Made by a program: the position numbers and the translations under genes. From positions 186,001 to 250,000 of IMG/VR virus record IMGVR_UViG_3300017917_003143: DNA of 64,000 nucleotides; one strand, 5' to 3'. Below the pieces are notes generated by a model. The model was given only the letters and a program-made list of their open reading frames with translations. It was not told where the DNA came from and ran no database searches. This document shows, piece by piece, positions 22,790-33,352 of this stretch. The stretch's first letter is position 1. Each line of letters opens with the position of its first letter.

Positions 22790-23352
22790 TAGAAACTGCA
22801 CAAACACTAGGGCCAGGTCTCTGGTACCTAAACAAAGTTTTCGATGACCGTACCTATCGGGAGATACGTCGATGTTATCGAGAGACTGCCACAGGTTGGC
22901 AATGTCTCTATCCTAACAGGCTAATGAGCCTGCCAAACAATCCAGACTACGATTATCTACAAGAAGTAGCCCTGGACATCAACCTCGCTGTCAGCGAACT
23001 CACCGGACTGCAACTACGTCCACTCAATCAAGAAATATTCATTGACCTACCAGGCCATCAGCTTACATGGCACTTTGACAACAACAACTACAAGGTTCTT
23101 CTGCAAGTGTACTGCGGAGATATACCTCAAGCCAACATGGGTACACAATGGTACGTAGGTGATAAAAACCCTAGTTTATTCTCTCGGTACGGAGTTAATT
23201 CTATTGTAGATGTGCAAGGGTTAGACATCGTAGAAACTGCGTATGCCCCTAATGCCGGCTATGTCAATGACAATACTATTAAAAAAGCCCACGGAACACG
23301 GCGGATAGCACCAGGGCTCAGCAGAGAAAGTGTGCTTTTTACTTTCGGATAA
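22780..23352 (+). CDS. 2OG-Fe(II) oxygenase-like protein
   Basis: WHFD...KAHG (HxD...H). Confidence 0.65.
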   Translation: MLHVETAQTLGPGLWYLNKVFDDRTYREIRRCYRETATGWQCLYPNRLMSLPNNPDYDYLQEVALDINLAVSELTGLQLRPLNQEIFIDLPGHQLTWHFDNNNYKVLLQVYCGDIPQANMGTQWYVGDKNPSLFSRYGVNSIVDVQGLDIVETAYAPNAGYVNDNTIKKAHGTRRIAPGLSRESVLFTFG

Positions 23353-23432
23353 AAAAAGTTTCGCAGATATTGTGATGCAATAAGTAATCCGTTACAATAA
23401 ACTCTTGTAACTTCTTTCGAAAGGAAAAATGA

Positions 23433-24620
23433 ATGTTTAAAAAAATTGTTATCGCAGGTGCAATCGCAGCCGTGGCTGCCGGTACTGCCCTAGCACAAAG
23501 TACGCCTACTGCCAGTAGCAATCTTGGCGGGGGAGTTCAAGTTTATGGTATCATGGACATGGGCGTGATGAGCGCCAACAAAGTAGGAGCAGCCAATGGC
23601 AGTCTCACTACAACTGTTTGTGGTATCGACCAGACATGCCGTCTGGGTTTTCTAGCATCTGAAGACCTCGGTGGTGGTTTAAAAGCTGGTGCTAAATTGG
23701 AAAGCCAGATCGACGGATCCAGTGCCAACGGTAGTTCAGGATCACAAGGTCTTGGTTCTGCTTCTGGTTCTGCCAATGCTGTGTTTAGCCGTGGTGCCAA
23801 CGTATTCCTTGATCATTCTAAATATGGTCGTTTGACCATGGGTCGTCAGGACAATGCGGCTTGGTCTACATATTCGTCATTGGATGGTCGTAGAAACTCA
23901 AACTTTGGTTCTATCACCAACTTCATCGCTGACGGTTCTAGCTTTGGTGGTACTAGTACAGCCAAAACAGGTCTAGCCAACTACACTGGTTCACCATTTA
24001 CCAGCAACACAATTCGTTATGACACGCCATCATTCTACGGTTTTAACGCCACATACGCTCGTGTGTTTGGCAACACCGCAGGCGATGCCGACAAGAGCTC
24101 TGCAGATCAATATGTTCTGCGCTATGACAACAACGGTATGTTCTATGGTGCTGTTGGTTCATACAAAGTCAACAACTCGTCAGGCAATGCCGCAGGTGAA
24201 AACCTCTTTGCCGGTGTTGGTGCTCGTGTAACCAAGGACTTGACATTGACTACTAGCTATTTCAATCTCAAGAACCCTAGCAACGTATCTGGCACCAACG
24301 GAGATTATGATCTCTACAGCCTAGGTGCTCGTTATCGAGTCAATCCCAAAGTTGATGTTACCGCAGGTCTCTATCAACTCAAAGACAACAATAACTCAGC
24401 CAACGGAGCAAGCCTCCAGTCAGCACAAGTTACATACTCGTTTAGCCGTCGTACACAGGTATATCTAGCAGGCTCGTTTGTGCAAAACAAAGGTGCCACA
24501 GGTATCGCAGCCTATGGTGGTGGTGGTGCTAACTTGAACTCTCTAGGGACAAGCAACTACTTGGCAGCCGCTGGGGTAGATCAATCAGCTTATGCAGTTG
24601 GTCTACGTCACTCGTTCTAA
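23433..24620 (+). CDS. Gram-negative (betaproteobacterial-type) porin
   Basis: Signal peptide; VQVYGIMD; RLGFLASEDLGGGLKA; C-terminal VGLRHSF. Confidence 0.93.
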   Translation: MFKKIVIAGAIAAVAAGTALAQSTPTASSNLGGGVQVYGIMDMGVMSANKVGAANGSLTTTVCGIDQTCRLGFLASEDLGGGLKAGAKLESQIDGSSANGSSGSQGLGSASGSANAVFSRGANVFLDHSKYGRLTMGRQDNAAWSTYSSLDGRRNSNFGSITNFIADGSSFGGTSTAKTGLANYTGSPFTSNTIRYDTPSFYGFNATYARVFGNTAGDADKSSADQYVLRYDNNGMFYGAVGSYKVNNSSGNAAGENLFAGVGARVTKDLTLTTSYFNLKNPSNVSGTNGDYDLYSLGARYRVNPKVDVTAGLYQLKDNNNSANGASLQSAQVTYSFSRRTQVYLAGSFVQNKGATGIAAYGGGGANLNSLGTSNYLAAAGVDQSAYAVGLRHSF

Positions 24621-24637
24621 ATCAAGAACGTACAATC

Positions 24638-24670
24638 AAAAACACACAGGAAACCCCTGTGTGTTTTTTT
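24638..24670 (+). terminator. intrinsic terminator
   Basis: AAAAACACACAGG-AAACC-CCTGTGTGTTTTTTT. Confidence 0.85.
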
Positions 24671-24676
24671 TGACTT

Positions 24677-26014
24677 ATGTTTGAAATATTTTTTTACGCT
24701 CTACTTGGAAGTTTGTCCGGGGTCATCACAGGATTGATACCTGGCATAGGACCAGCACAGTTATTGGCTATTGCCTACATGGCCTTGCTGGCCTTGGATC
24801 CTATACAGCTGGCCGTGTTTTATATAGGATTGATAACCACTAGTCAGTATCTAGATTCAGTGCCTGCTACATATTTTGGTGTTCCTGGCGAGGTCAGCGC
24901 GATTCCTGCTAGTTACGAAGGTCCTCGACTGATGGCACAAGGATTAGGACATCAAAGCATAAGAATGACTGCTATTGGAAGGATCATGGCCAGTGGTATC
25001 GCTGTAGTGTTGGGTGCGATGTTGCTGAGTGTAATCTTACAAAGCACCTGGATATTTAAAAACAATGTGCAGTTGGTACTATTGCTGATGGCAGTGGTAG
25101 GAGTGGCTGTGACCAGCCAGTGCAATTGGTGGCGTACTATTGTAGCTATGTCTCTGGGTTACCTTATCGGAAAAGTAGGATTCGATTATACCACAAATAC
25201 AGACATACTCACTTTTAATATACCCCACTTGCAAGAAGGTCTCCCTTTGTTGTCTGTGCTTATGGGGTTGTATGTTATACCGTTACTGTTGGTTGAACTA
25301 GCTAAGACCGTAAACCTTCACACTGATCCTGCGCCACAAACTACAAATGCGTTATCTGTAAAACCCTATGTGCCTACTATGATACGGAGTGGGGTCATGG
25401 GTTGGTTTTTAGGATTGGTTCCGGGACTGAGTTATATTCTAAGTGCCACTGGCTGTTATGCCTATGAAAAATGGCGACGCATACGAGCCAATCTCTACAA
25501 GCCTGGCGATATGCACAGCATGGTAGCGGCTGAGACTGGAAATACCAGCGGAGCTTTCAGTACCTTGATTCCACTGATGATTTTTGGTATACCTATCACC
25601 ATATCCGAAGTGATCCTGTACAATCTCATGTTGACCACAGGAGCAGACTTCAGTCGCGGCGGTTTTTTACTGAGCAACTATCACTGGTTACTAGGCAGCT
25701 TCTTGTTGGCCAATGTGCTAGGGTTAATTTTTTGCTGGCCGTTGGCTGTGCGAATGGCGCACTGGGTTACTAAAATAAATCTCCGCGTGACCTGGATCAC
25801 AATAATTACTGTGGTATCTCTATGTGTGCTATGGCAAGGATATTACAATCAAACGATCTTGCTATACAGTACAGTATTTGCTATAATGATAGTGATAGGC
25901 CTGGTATGCATGAGATATCGAGTAGATTTACTGCCGGTGTTGTTTATATACTTGCTACAGAACAACGTCGATCAGGCAGTGTTCAATCTGTGGCAGATTT
26001 ATTTTAAAGGATAA
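24677..26014 (+). CDS. tctA: tripartite tricarboxylate transporter large subunit (TctA family)
   Basis: Polytopic; GLIPGIG; GVPGE; AAETGNTS; LMIFGIP. Confidence 0.88.
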   Translation: MFEIFFYALLGSLSGVITGLIPGIGPAQLLAIAYMALLALDPIQLAVFYIGLITTSQYLDSVPATYFGVPGEVSAIPASYEGPRLMAQGLGHQSIRMTAIGRIMASGIAVVLGAMLLSVILQSTWIFKNNVQLVLLLMAVVGVAVTSQCNWWRTIVAMSLGYLIGKVGFDYTTNTDILTFNIPHLQEGLPLLSVLMGLYVIPLLLVELAKTVNLHTDPAPQTTNALSVKPYVPTMIRSGVMGWFLGLVPGLSYILSATGCYAYEKWRRIRANLYKPGDMHSMVAAETGNTSGAFSTLIPLMIFGIPITISEVILYNLMLTTGADFSRGGFLLSNYHWLLGSFLLANVLGLIFCWPLAVRMAHWVTKINLRVTWITIITVVSLCVLWQGYYNQTILLYSTVFAIMIVIGLVCMRYRVDLLPVLFIYLLQNNVDQAVFNLWQIYFKG

Positions 26015-26017
26015 AAA

Positions 26018-26914
26018 ATGTTTCGACTTTCAACTTTCGTACTGGCTATGTGTCTAGTTATGGGTGTGCAAGCCAAGGAACGACAAATCAGTGTGATTTA
26101 TAGCAGTCCTGCAGGTGGTATCATTGACGGTACCAACAAGGCCATGCAAGAACAATTGGAAAAAAATAACTGGCGTGTGGACGCTGTACGAGCTCCAAAC
26201 TGCAGAGCCGCCAAAGCATGGCTAGACAACAATCCTGGCAAGCCAGCGGTGATGAGTTTCCAAGTCGAAGAAGATGCATACACTCGAATGGCACCGGGTG
26301 CAGCCGATGCTTGTGGCATGACTATAGAACCTAAAAACGTAGCCGCAATCAGCATAGCCAACCACTATGTGGTATGTAGTATGTTGCCCCCTGAAAAGGC
26401 CTTGCCTAAATTCTTAGCCGGTGGTAACAAGATCGGCGTCACATATTTTGCCAGCACCAATGTAGTAGTAGCAGAAAATTTGGTCAAAACACTGAATCTC
26501 AAAGACACTAAAGTTTTAAGATTCCAAGGCCAACCGAAAAACACGCAAGCCTTGGTCAGTGGAGATGTTGACTTTACCATTGGCACCAATGCGGCTAGTA
26601 TCACCAGTGCTGGTGGTCAGTGTTTCTTGAGCACAGCGGCCAAACCCGTGGCAGAAAAAATGGGTTGGAAAAGTATAACTGATCTAGATCCTAAGAATCC
26701 TTGGATAGGCTCTGGTCAGATGTATGTGTATCTGGCATTCAACACAGACCCTGATACTATAGCCAAAGAAACAATAGAAGTGGTCAAAACTAATCCGATC
26801 CTGATAGAATACAATAAGACTAACTCGTACCCAACAGGTATCGCTGCCGGTCAGACCAAAGATCAGCAATGGAAAACCATCCAGAATCATATCAATCGTT
26901 ATCTTGCTAAATGA
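26018..26914 (+). CDS. TctC/Bug-like periplasmic binding protein (divergent)
   Basis: Signal peptide; YSSPAGG; ALVSGDVDF; follows tctA. Confidence 0.65.
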   Translation: MFRLSTFVLAMCLVMGVQAKERQISVIYSSPAGGIIDGTNKAMQEQLEKNNWRVDAVRAPNCRAAKAWLDNNPGKPAVMSFQVEEDAYTRMAPGAADACGMTIEPKNVAAISIANHYVVCSMLPPEKALPKFLAGGNKIGVTYFASTNVVVAENLVKTLNLKDTKVLRFQGQPKNTQALVSGDVDFTIGTNAASITSAGGQCFLSTAAKPVAEKMGWKSITDLDPKNPWIGSGQMYVYLAFNTDPDTIAKETIEVVKTNPILIEYNKTNSYPTGIAAGQTKDQQWKTIQNHINRYLAK

Positions 26915-28140
26915 TGGAATATCCTAAATTTATCCCCGACGGAAAATTTAATCGGTTTGGATTTTTTCAAGTTGGGGATGATTGTTTTTACAGCAAACTG
27001 GATGCTGTCAGACACAGTGTTACCACTGGAGAACAAGTTGAGTGGAATTTTAATGACTCAATACTGTCTTCTTGCGACTGGCTAGTCGAACCAACTCACA
27101 CTATAGAAGAGTTATACAAGCAACGTGCCCAGCAAATCAGAGACAAGTATGATTATGTTGTAGTAATGTTTAGCGGAGGTTGCGACAGCACTGCTGTACT
27201 AGATTCCTTTGTTGATAACAACATCCAACTCGACGAAGTAATGATTTGGCACTGGCTCGACGGCAACGGTGGTAATCTTCATGCTTTCATGACTGATGAA
27301 ATTTTTCATTTAGCTATCCCACATGCGTTAAAAAAGTTACAAGGTCTTGGTACGCGAGTGACTTTGCATGACAACAGCGACTGGGAAAGAGAACGTATGC
27401 AGGATCCTGAAACTAGGAACCAGTGCTGGAGAGGAATCAACAACATACACAATCTAGCCTTGCAAGGACGTTATTTCAGTCCAACACAAGGTATCCATCA
27501 GAGATTCCGACATATAAAAAAACTAATCGATCAGGGAAAATCTGTTTGCTTTATATGGGCTGAGGCCAAGCCCAAGATTTCATTCGATCGAGAACTTAAC
27601 AAACATTACTACTGGATCGAGGATCACTATGCGTGTTTGCCTCAACCCATGCAACAATGGAAAAACGATCCAACAGAAAATCACGAGCATTTTTTCACAC
27701 AAGATGAGTTGCCTGAATTGATGATAAAACAGGCTCATATATTATTAAATTGTGTAAAAGAATGGAATCAAGATAACTTTGTCGAGTATGTACACGAAAA
27801 AAGAGCCATCATGGGTCCGCACGGATTCATGGTCGGTGATCCCAGAGGTTCGTGGGGTCGAACTGTTCGGGATGAAAAAGATTGGCAGATAGAATATGAT
27901 GTGTATCATAAACTGATCTATCCTGGACATCAGCCCGGCGGCTATGTACAATGGAAACAAGTGGGTCGTGCAGTGCATCCTGCTCACCAATGGCTCGCTA
28001 ACGAATTTCCATTGCAAGCTAAACATTGGTATCGTGACTACATCAACACCTTTTCCAAATTGCCCGATTCGTGGACTCATTATCGTGGTACTCTTGAGCA
28101 GAATCTCAAACGATTAGATAAAAAATACTACATAGAATAA
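26911..28140 (+). CDS. PP-loop protein, paralogue of 6399..7583
   Basis: ELYKQRAQQIRDKYDY..MFSGGCDS. Confidence 0.75.
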   Translation: MMEYPKFIPDGKFNRFGFFQVGDDCFYSKLDAVRHSVTTGEQVEWNFNDSILSSCDWLVEPTHTIEELYKQRAQQIRDKYDYVVVMFSGGCDSTAVLDSFVDNNIQLDEVMIWHWLDGNGGNLHAFMTDEIFHLAIPHALKKLQGLGTRVTLHDNSDWERERMQDPETRNQCWRGINNIHNLALQGRYFSPTQGIHQRFRHIKKLIDQGKSVCFIWAEAKPKISFDRELNKHYYWIEDHYACLPQPMQQWKNDPTENHEHFFTQDELPELMIKQAHILLNCVKEWNQDNFVEYVHEKRAIMGPHGFMVGDPRGSWGRTVRDEKDWQIEYDVYHKLIYPGHQPGGYVQWKQVGRAVHPAHQWLANEFPLQAKHWYRDYINTFSKLPDSWTHYRGTLEQNLKRLDKKYYIE

Positions 28141-28142
28141 TC

Positions 28143-28730
28143 ATGTTTTTTTATCTGCCTGTATCTTTACCGTTGCCACCTAAGAATCTCATCTCTGAGA
28201 TAATGAATCCTGATTTTGATCTAGTACAAGATCCTGCACAAAAACAAAGATTTCAGACCAGTGGAGGCAAATATCTTGAAAGATCATTGACCTACCAAGA
28301 AAAAATTTATCAAACTCGTGTACAGTATCGATATCTACTGACTGACAAATTAAATCAATGGATAGATGATAATTTACCATCCAATTATCTTGCGGCTAGT
28401 TTGGCTGTAAGCAAAGGAAGCAGTCCTGTGCATGGACCACACATTGATTACAATAGACACTATATTTTATATCTGTCTTTAGACAATGGTGGAAACAATG
28501 TGTTGACTTCATTCTGGAGGAAATCAGGATGCCCCATAGAGTTTGAATCTCCAGAATGGCCAGGTATAGCGCAAGATTATCCTGATCTAGAACATCTAAA
28601 ATCTGTAGTGTTACGACCCAATCAATGGTATTTGCTCAATGGCTGGATTTATCACAGTGTAGAGAATGTTGAATCAGATCGTGTTAGTTTGCAAATTGAC
28701 TACAATGAAATAAATTTATGTCCAAATTAA
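28143..28730 (+). CDS. cupin / 2OG-Fe(II)-like protein
   Basis: HGPHID...NQWYLLN..IYHSVEN; paralogue of 29335. Confidence 0.6.
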   Translation: MFFYLPVSLPLPPKNLISEIMNPDFDLVQDPAQKQRFQTSGGKYLERSLTYQEKIYQTRVQYRYLLTDKLNQWIDDNLPSNYLAASLAVSKGSSPVHGPHIDYNRHYILYLSLDNGGNNVLTSFWRKSGCPIEFESPEWPGIAQDYPDLEHLKSVVLRPNQWYLLNGWIYHSVENVESDRVSLQIDYNEINLCPN

Positions 28731-29326
28731 AAGTAGCCATCACAGGTACTACGCAAGGACTCGGTCAGTACCTTAAACAAGTGTTTGAACAACACGAACA
28801 TAGTGTATTAGAGTTCAATCGTAGCAACGGGTATGATATTAAACATCCTCAGCGTATTGTCGACCAAGCACAAGACTGTGATTTGTTTATCAACAACGCC
28901 TATGATGGATATGGGCAAGTGGATCTTCTTTATGCCTTGGTAGACCGTTGGGAAAAACAAAGCAATAAGTTTATCATAAACGTTGGCAGTGAACAAACAC
29001 GTCGCTGGAGCAATCATCACGGTGATACCATAGTTCCATTTGATTGGCGCGAAGGTCAAAGATCAATACAGTATCGTAGTCATAAACTAAGTTTGTCAGA
29101 AGCTAGTAACTATCTTTATCAAGTCATGACATGGCCACAAATCATGTTAGTCGACATCGGTATGCTAGATACTCAACCTGCTGGATATTGGAGTAAACAT
29201 CGCACATCCAGACAACCAATCCGTTGCGAAGATGCGGCACGCCTTATCTATGATTTGTTTGATCGTAGAAATCTACATTTTGTTAGCGAAGTGGTACTGA
29301 GACCACTGGTCTGGATGGAAGAATAA
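28718..29326 (+). CDS. short-chain dehydrogenase/reductase
   Basis: AITGTTQGLG; FINNA; YRSHK (YxxxK). Confidence 0.85.
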   Translation: MSKLKVAITGTTQGLGQYLKQVFEQHEHSVLEFNRSNGYDIKHPQRIVDQAQDCDLFINNAYDGYGQVDLLYALVDRWEKQSNKFIINVGSEQTRRWSNHHGDTIVPFDWREGQRSIQYRSHKLSLSEASNYLYQVMTWPQIMLVDIGMLDTQPAGYWSKHRTSRQPIRCEDAARLIYDLFDRRNLHFVSEVVLRPLVWMEE

Positions 29327-29334
29327 GTAAGAAT

Positions 29335-29925
29335 ATGACTATTACCTGTTTACCATTGCCGTTTCTTTCGTCCCCTCCAGAGCAGTATGTTGAACAATCT
29401 CTGGAATACAAAACACAAGAGTTATCCAACGCATTCGGTTCTCCGAGTTTTTATAGTTCTCGTATGGTAGCCAAGGACGGGGTCTTGTATCAAACACGGA
29501 GTCAAAAACGAATACCATTAGAAGGCGATTTTACCGAATGGTGTCATGAAAATATTGATCCAAAATGTTATCATTGTAGCATTTGTGTCGCTGATGGCCC
29601 AGGGCCATATCATGGCCCACATGTTGATCCTTACAGAGATTACGGACTTTTATATGTTACAGATACCGGAGGGTCATCTGTTACTACATCTTTTTGGCAG
29701 AAAAAAAATTCACCAATGATTTATCCAAGAGATACTGAGCAGTTTGTATCAGAAGATTATAGCGACGAACTGATACTTATTGATCGGTTTGTATTACAAC
29801 CCAATCAGTGGTACCTACTTAATACAAGAATTATTCACAGTGTTGAAAATGCAACATCTCGCCGCATTAGTCTACAATGTAGCCTTGATGATGTTGCAGA
29901 TTTACTACAAAAAAACAAAGGTTGA
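29335..29925 (+). CDS. cupin / 2OG-Fe(II)-like protein
   Basis: HGPHVD...NQWYLLN..IIHSVEN. Confidence 0.6.
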   Translation: MTITCLPLPFLSSPPEQYVEQSLEYKTQELSNAFGSPSFYSSRMVAKDGVLYQTRSQKRIPLEGDFTEWCHENIDPKCYHCSICVADGPGPYHGPHVDPYRDYGLLYVTDTGGSSVTTSFWQKKNSPMIYPRDTEQFVSEDYSDELILIDRFVLQPNQWYLLNTRIIHSVENATSRRISLQCSLDDVADLLQKNKG

Positions 29926-29950
29926 CCAGAAATCTCCATTTTGCTATAAT
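29922..29950 (+). promoter_or_regulatory. sigma70-type early promoter
   Basis: TTGACC-17-TATAAT; similar promoters at 30237-65 and 32016-44. Confidence 0.85.
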
Positions 29951-29982
29951 ATAGGTATAGTAAACAAAACAGGAGCCCTACT

Positions 29983-30234
29983 GTGAAATCACTCAAATCC
30001 TATGTTGATCGCAAAAACCAATGGAATGCTATCTTTGGCGGTAAAGCATTGGTCATTGGCAAGGACAATCAACGCATCGCTGACATGATTGACAGCGAAC
30101 TTTCTCCAGAAAATCTTACTTGTGACGGTGAACTGCCTCGCAGTCAAGTCCAAGCTCGTTACCGTGAGCTTACTGCCGCGGCCACTGAGCTCCGTCGTCT
30201 AGATCCCACAGTTAAATTTTACGAATTTTCTTAA
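29983..30234 (+). CDS. hypothetical phage protein
   Basis: AGGAG SD; GTG start. Confidence 0.75.
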   Translation: MKSLKSYVDRKNQWNAIFGGKALVIGKDNQRIADMIDSELSPENLTCDGELPRSQVQARYRELTAAATELRRLDPTVKFYEFS

Positions 30235-30297
30235 GGTTGACTGCAAAATCAACTTCACATACAATAGTAGAATCATCAACAAGAAGGAGTCAGCCCT

Positions 30298-31392
30298 ATG
30301 TCATTTGAACATCGCACCGTAACCGCGGTTGGTGCCCGCAAATCCATCAAAAAATGCTTTGCCAAGAAGCGTCCTCTATTCCTGTGGGGTCCTCCTGGTA
30401 TTGGTAAAAGTGAAGTGGTAGCAGACATTACCCGTGAGCTCGGCGGTCTTATGATTGACTTGCGCCTGGGCCAGATGGACCCTACCGACATCCGTGGTAT
30501 TCCTTTCTATAACAAAGAAAAGAATGTCATGGACTGGGCACCCCCTATCGATCTGCCCGATGCAGAAACTGCCGCTCAGTATCCTGTTGTGGTGCTGTTC
30601 CTAGACGAGATGAACTCTGCGGCTCCGGCTGTGCAGAGTGCGGCTTACCAGCTGGTACTGAATCGTCGTGTAGGCAAGTATATCCTGCCCGACAATGTTG
30701 TCATGGTTGCCGCAGGTAACCGTGAAAGCGACAAAGGCGTTACTTACCGTATGCCTACTCCGCTGGCAAACCGTTTCGTCCACCTAGAGATGCGAGTTGA
30801 CTTCCCTGTGTGGCAAGAGTGGGCTGTGAATGCTGGCATCCACAAAGACGTGGTTGGTTACCTCAGCTTCGCCAAGCAAGATCTCTACGACTTCGACGCT
30901 AAATCTGCAAGTCGTTCGTTCGCTACTCCACGCTCTTGGACCTTTGTGAGTGAACTGCTCGCAGACGAGGACATGGACGAGACCACTTACACTGATCTTA
31001 TCGCAGGTGCTGTGGGCGAAGGCCTTGCTGTGAAGTTCATGGCGCATCGCAAGATCGCAGGCAAGATGCCCAAGCCCGAAGACATCCTGTCAGGCAAGGA
31101 AAAAGATCTCAAGATCAAAGAAGTCAGTGCCATGTACAGTTTGGTGATCTCTATGTGCTACGAGCTCAAAGGTGCTATCGAGCGCAAGGTTGCAGACAAA
31201 GACTTCCATGCTATGTCGGACAATTTCTTCCGTTATATGATGGACAATTTTGAAACTGAGCTGGTGGTCATGGGTGCTCGTATCGCGCTCACTACTTACA
31301 ACCTGCCGTTCCAGCCTACCAAGCTCAAGAACTTTGACGAGTTCCATCAGCGTTACGGCAAGTACATTCTGAGCGCAAGCCAGAATAGTTGA
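30298..31392 (+). CDS. MoxR-like AAA+ ATPase
   Basis: GPPGIGKS; LFLDEMN; PLANRF. Confidence 0.92.
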   Translation: MSFEHRTVTAVGARKSIKKCFAKKRPLFLWGPPGIGKSEVVADITRELGGLMIDLRLGQMDPTDIRGIPFYNKEKNVMDWAPPIDLPDAETAAQYPVVVLFLDEMNSAAPAVQSAAYQLVLNRRVGKYILPDNVVMVAAGNRESDKGVTYRMPTPLANRFVHLEMRVDFPVWQEWAVNAGIHKDVVGYLSFAKQDLYDFDAKSASRSFATPRSWTFVSELLADEDMDETTYTDLIAGAVGEGLAVKFMAHRKIAGKMPKPEDILSGKEKDLKIKEVSAMYSLVISMCYELKGAIERKVADKDFHAMSDNFFRYMMDNFETELVVMGARIALTTYNLPFQPTKLKNFDEFHQRYGKYILSASQNS

Positions 31393-31436
31393 TAGGTCAC
31401 GGGTTGGGTCCACTATCGGAAACGAGACATAGGGCT

Positions 31437-31676
31437 ATGTCGGATCCAACCCACCTTTCTTACCAACCACCCGTGAGGGTGGTTTTCGCTCCGTACGATC
31501 ACGATGACGTGCAGACCATGCTACGAAAGGTCGTGCAGGACTTTGGTCGTCCCGGAAATCGATGGCGTTATCGTAGCCCAGATATTGGTCAAGCAGAAAA
31601 CAATGTTTGGATGCTGGACTTTTACTTTGCCGATCCGCATGATGCAATCATATTTGGTCTTAAATATCAAAGATGA
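31437..31676 (+). CDS. hypothetical protein
   Basis: ORF track; start reassigned to MSDPT. Confidence 0.6.
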   Translation: MSDPTHLSYQPPVRVVFAPYDHDDVQTMLRKVVQDFGRPGNRWRYRSPDIGQAENNVWMLDFYFADPHDAIIFGLKYQR

Positions 31677-32026
31677 GATATAAAATAGTCAAACTCGACG
31701 GTCGCTGGAGTTACAGGAAATACTTTGAGTATGCTGTGATTTTTTCTAATCGCATGAGCAATTGGAATGGACCCATGCACTTTGCCACCGCTCAAAAATA
31801 CTTTTTTGACACCTATGGCTGGAGTGCCGAGATCCGACAGTGGGCAGACATACGTGAGTATTATCAAAATGTCTGGAACTATGTCAAGCCTAATCCGCCT
31901 GGCATCATGCCTGAGTGTGTGAATTCCTACTGGGCCTGGACTAACGGCTACGAGGATCTGCGTATCTATGTAAAAAGCCAGCAAGAACTTACACTTTTCC
32001 AGCTGAAATATCCGGTTGACCAATAA
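31673..32026 (+). CDS. hypothetical protein
   Basis: ATGA overlap; ORF track. Confidence 0.7.
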   Translation: MRYKIVKLDGRWSYRKYFEYAVIFSNRMSNWNGPMHFATAQKYFFDTYGWSAEIRQWADIREYYQNVWNYVKPNPPGIMPECVNSYWAWTNGYEDLRIYVKSQQELTLFQLKYPVDQ

Positions 32027-32068
32027 TGCCATTTCATGTATAATATAAGATATAGTTAAGGAGCAACC

Positions 32069-33352
32069 ATGTCTACAAAAACCGCAACATCTACACAAAA
32101 CAAAGACGACGCTAAAAAGTTTGCCAACCTTATTGGCCCAATGGATCCTAAGTTGGACAAAATCGTGCGTGAAAAGCTCGTGACTGCCCGTGTGGGTTTG
32201 TTGCTCCGTGCTAGTTTCTTTGGAAATCTTGCTACTCGTTTGAAGCTGGTCAATGCTGACGAGTGGTGTTCCACAGCCGCAACAGACGGCCGTCACTTCT
32301 ATTACAATACTCGTTTCATCGAGATGCTCAAACCCAAAGAGATCGAGTTTCTCTTTGGTCATGAGGTGCTCCATTGTGTGTACGATCATTTTGGTCGCCG
32401 TGGTGATCGCGACCCTCAGCTGTTCAACGTGGCCAATGACTTTGCTGTCAACGCAGACTTGAAGAAGCATCGTGTGGGCGAGTTTATCACTTCAGTACCT
32501 TGCCTGTATGACTCTAAGTTTGAAGGCAAATCGTCTGAGGAGATCTATGATTATTTGTACGAGAATGCTGAAAAAATCAGTCTAAGTGATCTCATTGACA
32601 AGCTCTTGGATGATCACTTGGATGGCGAAGGCGACGGAGAAAGCGATGGCAAAGACGGTGACCAACCAGGCAAAGGTCGCCCCAAGCTCAGTGCCGAAGA
32701 ACGCCAAAAGATCAAAGATGAGATCAAAGAAGCCATGTTGGCGGCCGCCCAAGCATCCGATGCAGGTAGCATTCCAGCAGGTGTCAAACGCATGATCCAG
32801 GATCTCACTGATCCCAAGATGAACTGGCGTGAACTGCTCCGCATGCAGTTAGAGAGCACTATCAAGAGTGACTATACTTGGATGCGCCCGAGCCGTAGAG
32901 GCTGGGATATGGATGCTGTGTTGCCCGGTATGAATCGTACCGATGCTATCGACATCGCTATCTACATTGACATGTCAGGTTCTATCAGTGAAGCTCAAGG
33001 CAAAGACTTCCTCAGCGAAGTCAAAGGTATCATGGAGAGCTTTGAATCCTACAAGATCCATGTCGCTTGCTTTGATACTGAAGTGTACAATCCGCAACAA
33101 TACAACTCAGAAAATCTTGACAGCATTGAAGAATATGAGTTGGCTGGTGGCGGTGGCACTGACTTTGATTGTATCTTCAAGCATTTGAAAGATGAACAGA
33201 TCGAGCCCAAGCGATTGGTTGTGTTCACTGACGGTTACCCATGTGGTAGCTGGGGTGATCCCAACTATTGCGATACTGTCTGGATCATCCACGGTGACAA
33301 GAATCCCAATCCACCGTTTGGTACCTTTGCATTGTACGAGGAAGACAAATGA
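32069..33352 (+). CDS. metallopeptidase-like plus VWA domain protein (MoxR partner)
   Basis: HEVLH zincin motif; IDMSGS MIDAS; GGGGTDF. Confidence 0.9.
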   Translation: MSTKTATSTQNKDDAKKFANLIGPMDPKLDKIVREKLVTARVGLLLRASFFGNLATRLKLVNADEWCSTAATDGRHFYYNTRFIEMLKPKEIEFLFGHEVLHCVYDHFGRRGDRDPQLFNVANDFAVNADLKKHRVGEFITSVPCLYDSKFEGKSSEEIYDYLYENAEKISLSDLIDKLLDDHLDGEGDGESDGKDGDQPGKGRPKLSAEERQKIKDEIKEAMLAAAQASDAGSIPAGVKRMIQDLTDPKMNWRELLRMQLESTIKSDYTWMRPSRRGWDMDAVLPGMNRTDAIDIAIYIDMSGSISEAQGKDFLSEVKGIMESFESYKIHVACFDTEVYNPQQYNSENLDSIEEYELAGGGGTDFDCIFKHLKDEQIEPKRLVVFTDGYPCGSWGDPNYCDTVWIIHGDKNPNPPFGTFALYEEDK

